A DNA stretch of 47,863 nucleotides from contig JAHDYR010000055.1 of assembly GCA_019828565.1 (NCBI GenBank), forward strand, positions 1-47,863, given 5' to 3'. The first letter of the stretch is position 1, and every line of letters begins with the position of its first letter. The notes under the pieces were generated by a model. It was not told the DNA's origin, did no database searches, and was given only the letters and a program-made list of their open reading frames with translations. Made by a program: the position numbers and the translations under genes. Below are positions 41,432 to 47,863 of this stretch, one piece after another. This DNA is from Carpediemonas membranifera BICM. Taxonomy: Eukaryota; Protista; Fornicata.

Positions 41432-44400
41432 ATGGTATCCAGAGGGAAAGTTGCTCGATTCGCCGCCGCAAGGCGACGAATCCTGCCATACATCCGATGA
41501 CGGACCAGGTGACACGAATTACCTGAAACTAGCGCTGTTCGCTGCGCTCCTGCGCGTAATGGAAGAAATTCGTCAGCACTGCCCGAAAGGCTCGTGGCCG
41601 AAGAACGCTGAGGCCTTCATCGAGGTTTGTATGAACAAAGATCGTTTATTGCGCCTTGTGACGGACAACAAACGCTTCTTCACGATCAACAACCTTTCTT
41701 TGATCACGGACTACGTTCATGCGGCCACAAACCGCTTCGGGCCAGGCCATAAGCCGAAGGCATCCCGCCGTGATGACCACATCGCCAATGCCACTTCACT
41801 TCTCCACGCCGCAGCCACCAACCAGGTGTTCACTGCTACCATCTCGATTGATCGTGCCAACGAGGCCCTCGAGCGCGTGATACGGGGCAGAAGGACCGAT
41901 GAGCAGCTCATGAGGGAGCACCCTCGTCCGCTCCGCCCGTCCGAGATCGCCGCTCGCCGCGCCAAGACCGGGCGTCAGTCATACGCCCAACTGATCAGCC
42001 GTGTCGAGGGAGGCCCGCCCGGCAAGCCCTGCGCGAGACCGCACTGCCTTCCTCGAGGCAGAAGCATACGCGTGTCGCGTAGCTGCTGGCCGCGCAGACC
42101 GTCAACAGCAGGGTGATAGGCCCCCGAGCCCCACCCCTGCCCAGGCTGCCCCCACCGACTCCGCTGCCGCCCTAACTGGGCCGCAGCCCGCAGCCGCCCC
42201 GCAGGGTGACAGGCCCCCGAGCCCCACCCCTGCCCAGGTTGCCCCCACCGACTCCGATGCCGCCCTAACTGGGCCGCAGCCCGCAGCCGCCCCGCAGGGT
42301 GACAGGCCCACGCGCCAGACCCCCTGCCGATGCTGCCCCCACCGACTCCGCTGTCGCCCTAACTGGGCCGCAGCCCGCAGCCGCCCCGCAGGGTGACAGG
42401 CCCCCGAGCCCCACCCCTGCCGATGCTGCCCCCACAGACTCCGCTGTCGCCCTAACTGGGCCGCAGCCCGCAGCCGCCCCGCAGGGTGACAGGCCCACGC
42501 GCCAGACCCCCGCCCAGGTTGCCCCCACCCAGCCAGAGGAGAGGAACATCGACGACACCGCAGTGTCCGAGTTCCTCTCCCTGGCGGGCGTCGAAGGCGG
42601 GGAAGGGGAGAGAGCTGAGCCAGAGACCGAGCACGAAGCCCGTGGTGACTCAGCCAACTCCCCCTTCGCCCGCCGCCGCAGGTTGACCCCGCCCACCGGC
42701 TCACAGGGTGGCTCGACCGCACGACCATCGACGCTGTTCGCCGCAGCTTTGACGCACATGTACCGCGGGAAGACAGAGACATGTGGTCGACCAACGACCA
42801 GGTCGTCGCGACGCTGACGTCTGTCGACGCCGTCCGCTGGCTCTCCCGGGGGCAAAATGGCCAGAACCGCATGTCCAGAGCACGCTGGACGACTCTCCTC
42901 GAGCAGGTCTTTGCGGCTCACCCGAGGAACCGGCCTTCGTATGCGTTCCCGCAAGGCCTGAAGTCGTTCGCACCCAGGTTCGTGGCGTTCATGAGGGAAG
43001 GGTTGGGTATGCCAGTCGACCCCGCTCTCCCAGCTGTCCCGCAGCCAAGGACGGCCCAGCCAGCCAGAAGAAGGCTCACTGCTCCCCGCCCGCAGCCGGA
43101 GACCATCCTTCCAGAGCTCCCAGAGGACCTCAAGTTCCTCCCCTCCCCGACGGAGGCCGGCAGGATTGGGAAGTCGAAGCCCTCAAGGAAGGGTGCGGTC
43201 TCATTCGTGAAGGGTCTCATCAACCTGTTGGAGGCCCTGAACGAGGTGCCTGCCCAGCAGAAACGGCGTGGCCTTATTGCCATCATGACCCATGGTCAGA
43301 CGGTGTACAAGCCCGCCAAGAAGCAGGTGACACTGCGGACCCGGACCAAGGAGCGCTCGGCCTTCACCAAGGCCTCGGCCGGCTACTACTCCAGTGGCCT
43401 GAAGATCCTCCTGTCTGAGGACATGGACCTCAGCCCGACCGAGGTTGACGAGAAGCTGGTGGAGCTGCAGGCCGAGCCAATGGCAGACCCACGTCTCTTC
43501 CACCCACAGCAACGGGCGGGTGCGCTGGAGTCATATGAGGTCACCCCGGAGTCTGTGACATGGGCCCTGGACAGGCTCAAAGCAGACTCGGCACCGGGAC
43601 CCTCGGGCCTGAGTTTCCTTCACTTGAAGCTGGCCTACCGCCTACGCAAACACAAGTTTGTTGCTGCTGTCACGCCTCTGATCAACGACATCATCAACGG
43701 GGAGCCCTACACTGAGATCCTGTCGCACTCGAGGCTCGTTGCCCTGCCTAAGGGAGACTCCAAGGTCCGGCCCATTGCAATGGGCGAGAGCCTGAGACGC
43801 CTCGCAGGCAAGGTCCTAGCCCACGATGTCGGGCTGAGGATTATTGGCGATGGTGTGTGCGAGGGGCAGTTCGGACTGGGCGAGAGCTGCGGCCTGGACT
43901 GCATGGGTGACATTCTGAAGACAGCGTACGCCGGCGGTGCGCAGCTGTGCGCCGTTGACATGTCCAATGCGTACGGAACCGTCAGTCGGCAGCATCTGTC
44001 TGAGGTCGCACAGGCGTGGGCCCCGGTCTTGCTACCGTACCTGCACACGATGTATGCCGGGGGCAAGATGATCACACCAACAGGCCTTGTCATCCCGTCC
44101 CGGGAGGGCATCCAGCAAGGGGACCCCATATCTCCGCTGCTGTTCACCCTGGCGATGAAGCCGGTCCTGGACCAGATCAGAGGTGAGTTCCAGGAGTGCA
44201 GGATGGTCTCCTATCAGGACGATGCGTACTTGATCGCGCCAGCGTCCATGCCGGCCTCACGAGTTGATCGCTTCTACGACCGGATGGCTGAGGTTTGTGG
44301 CCGCATCGGCATGCGCGTGAACACGGCTAAGTGTATGGTGATCAGCGCTGCTGGCTCCCCGGGTGCCATTCAGCGGGTAGTCAACGGTAGAGCCGTTGGA

Positions 44401-45748
44401 ATCCCTGTTGGTGACGCTCATGGTGAGGCAAGAGCTGTCGATGATGTCTTCTCGGAGATGGAGATGGCGACTGCTCGCGTCGTGGAAATGGTGGAGACTG
44501 TAGGGCCTTCTGCGGCCAGCGTTGCGCTGAATATGATTCGTTCATGCATTCTTGCGATGCCATCAGCAATCTACAGAGCTGTGTCGCCGATTAGGCACGA
44601 AAGCAGGACATCCCGCTTCGAGCAGATGCTTAGCCGCAGCGTAGAGCACATTCTGCAACTAAGAGATGGTCTGGAAGACAAAACTCGTAGAATGGCTCTC
44701 GATTATGGAGATTACGGGCTCCGCATGCCAATCCCATCACTCGTCTGGAAATGCGCATTTTTGGGCACGGAACACCAGCTGCACCAGCTGCTTCCGGACC
44801 GGTCTGTGCACCTAGACGAGGCCCTGTTTACCGTTGAAGGCGCCGAAGAGTGGCCTAGGACCAAGGACGAACTCTATGAGATGGAGGCCAAAAAAGCCTC
44901 AGAAACAACTCACAAAGTACCATAGAGACGCCTGGACAGTCCAGCACCGCCCATCAACGCCGTCTGACTTCAACTTGGACCGCAATGCAGCCACTCAGGC
45001 CCTGAACGACTCCTCCCAGCGCGCTGCCCCGGCGGCTGGAATTCTCCGGCAAGAGGCCGCACTCACTCCAATTGAGCTAGAATCGAAGCCTGTTGGCTCA
45101 ATATTTGTCCCAATTGCCAGGGCACACCTGGATGTCGCCCCGTTCGAAGAGTGGCCCGAGACTTGCCCCCTGTGTCAGGCCCAGCGCTGCACCTGGCAGC
45201 ATGCCCTCTCGTGCCCACACACCAAGGGAACCGCCCACACCGAGCGTCACAACCATGTTAGAGACGCTGTGAGCGCCGTGTTGACCGACGACGACGTTAG
45301 AGGTCGACCCATGGCCCGTTGCCAGGCCGAGGTCGCGCTCACCTCTCGTCACCCCCGCTACCAGCAGGCCGATACCGAAGCGCCCAGACGCAAGGTGGCC
45401 GACCTCATGGTGGCAGGCGAGAGAGACGTGGTCGGGAACCGTGTCCACGAGGAAGTCTATGTCGACTTCGTGGTCAGCCTGCACCCGCGGGAGGCTGAGC
45501 TAGAGAAGCTCCGCGAGTACCGCAACTGGCAGGTCACCTTCGTGCCTGCTGCCTGCACGGTTCTGGGCGAGACTGAGTCCCGTCTGACCGAGTGCTGGGT
45601 CGCCCGCCTCTGTGCCGCGATTCGCAGGCCGGCCCTCGTGGGCGCCATCCGTGACCGGGTATTCTGGTCCATCTGGGCGGACAACCAGACCGTCTGGTCG
45701 GACTATGTCTCCCAGTGCAAGGCCCGTTGGGCCGAGCACCACCAATAA
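41432..45748 (+). CDS. Family B unit 3 polyprotein, RT-CCHC-RLE (~1440 aa if homopolymer frameshifts are corrected)
   Basis: ORF pieces 41451-42116, 42001-42396, 42299-42817, 42781-44925, 44834-45748; breaks lie at different sites from unit 2. Confidence 0.88.
42109..42530 (+). repeat. 93-bp coding tandem repeat, ~4.5 copies
   Basis: Unit starts 42109, 42202, 42295, 42389, 42482. Confidence 0.95.
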
Positions 45749-46330
45749 TCTGCCCTCCCCACAAAATGCCGGAGTCGCGACTCGGCTGACTCGGCCACTC
45801 TAGGCTGCGTCGTCCCCGAGCCCCCCTGCGCCTCCCGCCCCATCGCCGCATCGCATAACGCATCCCCTGCCCCTGCGCGAGAGTAGTTGCTCGAAATTCC
45901 GCGGAGTCGCGTGTCGTTCGGACAACCTGGGAAAGTAAATTCGGCCATGGTATCCAGAGGAAAGTTGCTCGATTCGCCGCCGCAAGGCGACGAATCCTGC
46001 CATACATCCGATGACGGACCAGGTGACACGAATTACCTGAAACTAGCGCTGTTCGCTGCGCTCCTGCGCGTAATGGAAGAAATTCGTCAGCACTGCCCGA
46101 AAGGCTCGTGGCCGAAGAACGCTGAGGCCTTCATCGAGGTTTGTATGAACAAAGATCGTTTATTGCACCTTGTGACGGACAACAAACGCTTCTTCACGAT
46201 CAACAACCTTTCTTTGATCACGGACTACGTTCATGCGGCCACAAACCGCTTCGGGCCAGGCCATAAGCCGAAGGCATCCCGCCGTGATGACCACATCGCC
46301 AATGCCACTTCACTTCTCCACGCCGCAGCC

Positions 46331-47034
46331 TTACCTTAGCCGCCCCACTCTTTTCCGACTGGACCCCCAGCACCTACTGTCCACAAATCAGAAGAGGCAT
46401 AGCAGACAACGCCAACACCACCGGCATGACAGGCGGGTCAGCCCCAGTCACAAGGGAGGACATGATCAGGGCCATCAAGTCCAGGAACAGCGACATCGCG
46501 ACGTACCAAGCGACACTATTCGCCGCGATTGCTTACCTGACCGTGAGCCGCGGAGCTGAAATCTTCAACCTGACGAGCGCTGACATCGTGTTCAAGGCAA
46601 ACGGGGACGCCCAGCTGCTCCTTGGTCGCACAAAGACGCTTGCAAAGGTCACTAAGTCACTACCCAACACCCTACTAGGCCCATTCAACCCAGCGCTGGC
46701 CCTGAAGAGATGGGTACGAGGCTTGAACCTTCCACCGGACGCCTGCATCTGGCGCGCGATCACATCCTCATCGAAGGTCAGCCGTAAGACCCCGTGCACA
46801 ATGCGACGTATGCGAGAGGAGCTACGCACAGTCTTCCACGACAACAGGATTGGCCTACACAGCTTCCGCAAGGGAGCGGCTTCCGAACTGGCACTAGCAG
46901 GCACACCGATAGAGACCTTACTCCAACTCGGAACCTGGGCTAACGGCAACTCTCTCCGGCCTTACATCGGGGAGGCTATCCGCAACCACCCTCGTCAAAC
47001 CCGACAAACTGCAAACACCCTGTTCCCATTCTAA
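46331..47034 (+). CDS. Tyrosine recombinase of YR element 4 (5' truncated; ATG at 46426)
   Basis: YLTVSRGAEI, RTKT, LHSFRKGAASELAL, GTW, LRPY; closely similar to 13197-14429. Confidence 0.9.
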
Positions 47035-47184
47035 CACCATAAACCATCGCACCGGAGGCCGTCAAGGAGACGCCCGGTCCAGCCGAAAGCAGCAAGGAGC
47101 TGCTGGCACTTGAGGCAGGCATGGAGCCGCCATACTCCACTGTAATTACTCTACTTACCTCAGATCTGCGGACGGTGTTCCCCT

Positions 47185-47406
47185 TTGGGAGTATGAGTTA
47201 GGTGGCTAGCCTAGTCTAGCGAGTACCACTCGAGCCCATTGGCACCCGGGTGCTGAGACGCCCGAGAGGGCGCACGGAAACGTGCAGTTTATGGCATCAG
47301 AATTTCGAATGCCCGAAGGCACATCGGGCCTAAAGGAGCCCGAGAAGAATAAATCCTTTACCCCCCCCCCTTGGGAGTATGAGTTAGGTGGCTAGCCTAG
47401 TCTAGC
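47185..47406 (+). repeat. 36-bp direct repeat pair (47185-47220, 47371-47406) downstream of YR 4
   Basis: TTGGGAGTATGAGTTAGGTGGCTAGCCTAGTCTAGC twice. Confidence 0.92.
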
Positions 47407-47563
47407 ATAGTGGAATGGCTTGCAGGCACGCTTGCGAGCCCAAACCGACCGTCTCCTCGAGAGACCGCGTCAAAGAATGTCTGTTGTGGCTTACATCTGC
47501 CGTTGTAACGCGTGTCAGCCCCACCCTACCTAACTCTCCCAGCCACTAGCTCCCGTCAGAGAT

Positions 47564-47863
47564 TTAAAGTGGTGGTTGGAGAAGGATGGAGGCCAGGTGT
47601 CCCTGGACCCCCGGGTGTGTGCGGACCCCGTTGCCCATATATCTCAGCATGCTTTTCGTGGAGGCCCACGTCCCCATGGACAGGAGGACTTCGGTACTCG
47701 TGTGGGCTAAAGCCAACTCCGTGGTGGCGCCCTTGCGGAATGAGTGCCACGAAAAGTCGGTGCTGTACGCCTGGTGGATCCAGTGGCGGAGGGTTGACGC
47801 CGGTAGCGGCTTCGATAGTGAAATACCCCCCGGTTGAGGTGATCGCCCGCCAGATGACGTCGT
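47564..47863 (-). CDS. Tyrosine recombinase C-terminus of YR element 5 (runs off the window; not in the ORF track)
   Basis: Manual translation: IWRAITST..ISLSKPLPASTLRHWIHQAYSTDFSWHSFRKGATTELALAHTSTEVLLSMGTWASTKSMLRY...PPL*; 1-nt shift in the C6 run at 47826-47831. Confidence 0.88.
   Translation of the reverse strand, partial: TTSSGGRSPQPGGISLSKPLPASTLRHWIHQAYSTDFSWHSFRKGATTELALAHTSTEVLLSMGTWASTKSMLRYMGNGVRTHPGVQGHLASILLQPPL

Larger units (their letters stand above)
28978..46330 (+). mobile_element. Head-to-tail array of CRE-like RLE element family B: 5'-truncated unit, interrupted full unit, full unit, 3'-truncated unit
   Basis: Near-identical units; stops at 29978, 41233, 45748; ATGs at 30177, 41432, 45947; period 4515 bp. 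Confidence 0.92.

Overview
Eukaryotic (probably protist) DNA made almost entirely of nested retrotransposons; the only clear host gene is one tRNA-Asp(GTC) at 12595-12667. It contains five DIRS-type tyrosine-recombinase (YR) elements or fragments and two families of CRE-like RLE non-LTR elements: one with an N-terminal PHD finger, one as a head-to-tail array of ~4.5-kb units. There are two complete chromodomain Ty3/gypsy elements with identical, extremely short LTRs (61 and 66 bp) and 4-bp TSDs, plus two further gypsy fragments. A 6.8-kb APE-endonuclease insert with a 19-bp TSD interrupts the array. The two strongest leads: (1) both complete gypsy elements have a perfect palindrome instead of a tRNA primer-binding site directly after the 5' LTR, suggesting tRNA-independent priming; (2) ORF1 of the APE insert carries a DEDDh/ECHC exonuclease of the Maelstrom / arenavirus-NP type, a candidate TE-encoded anti-silencing nuclease. 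Many frameshifts sit in homopolymers and differ between near-identical copies, so they may be sequencing errors. All calls are by-eye motif recognition; no searches were run.
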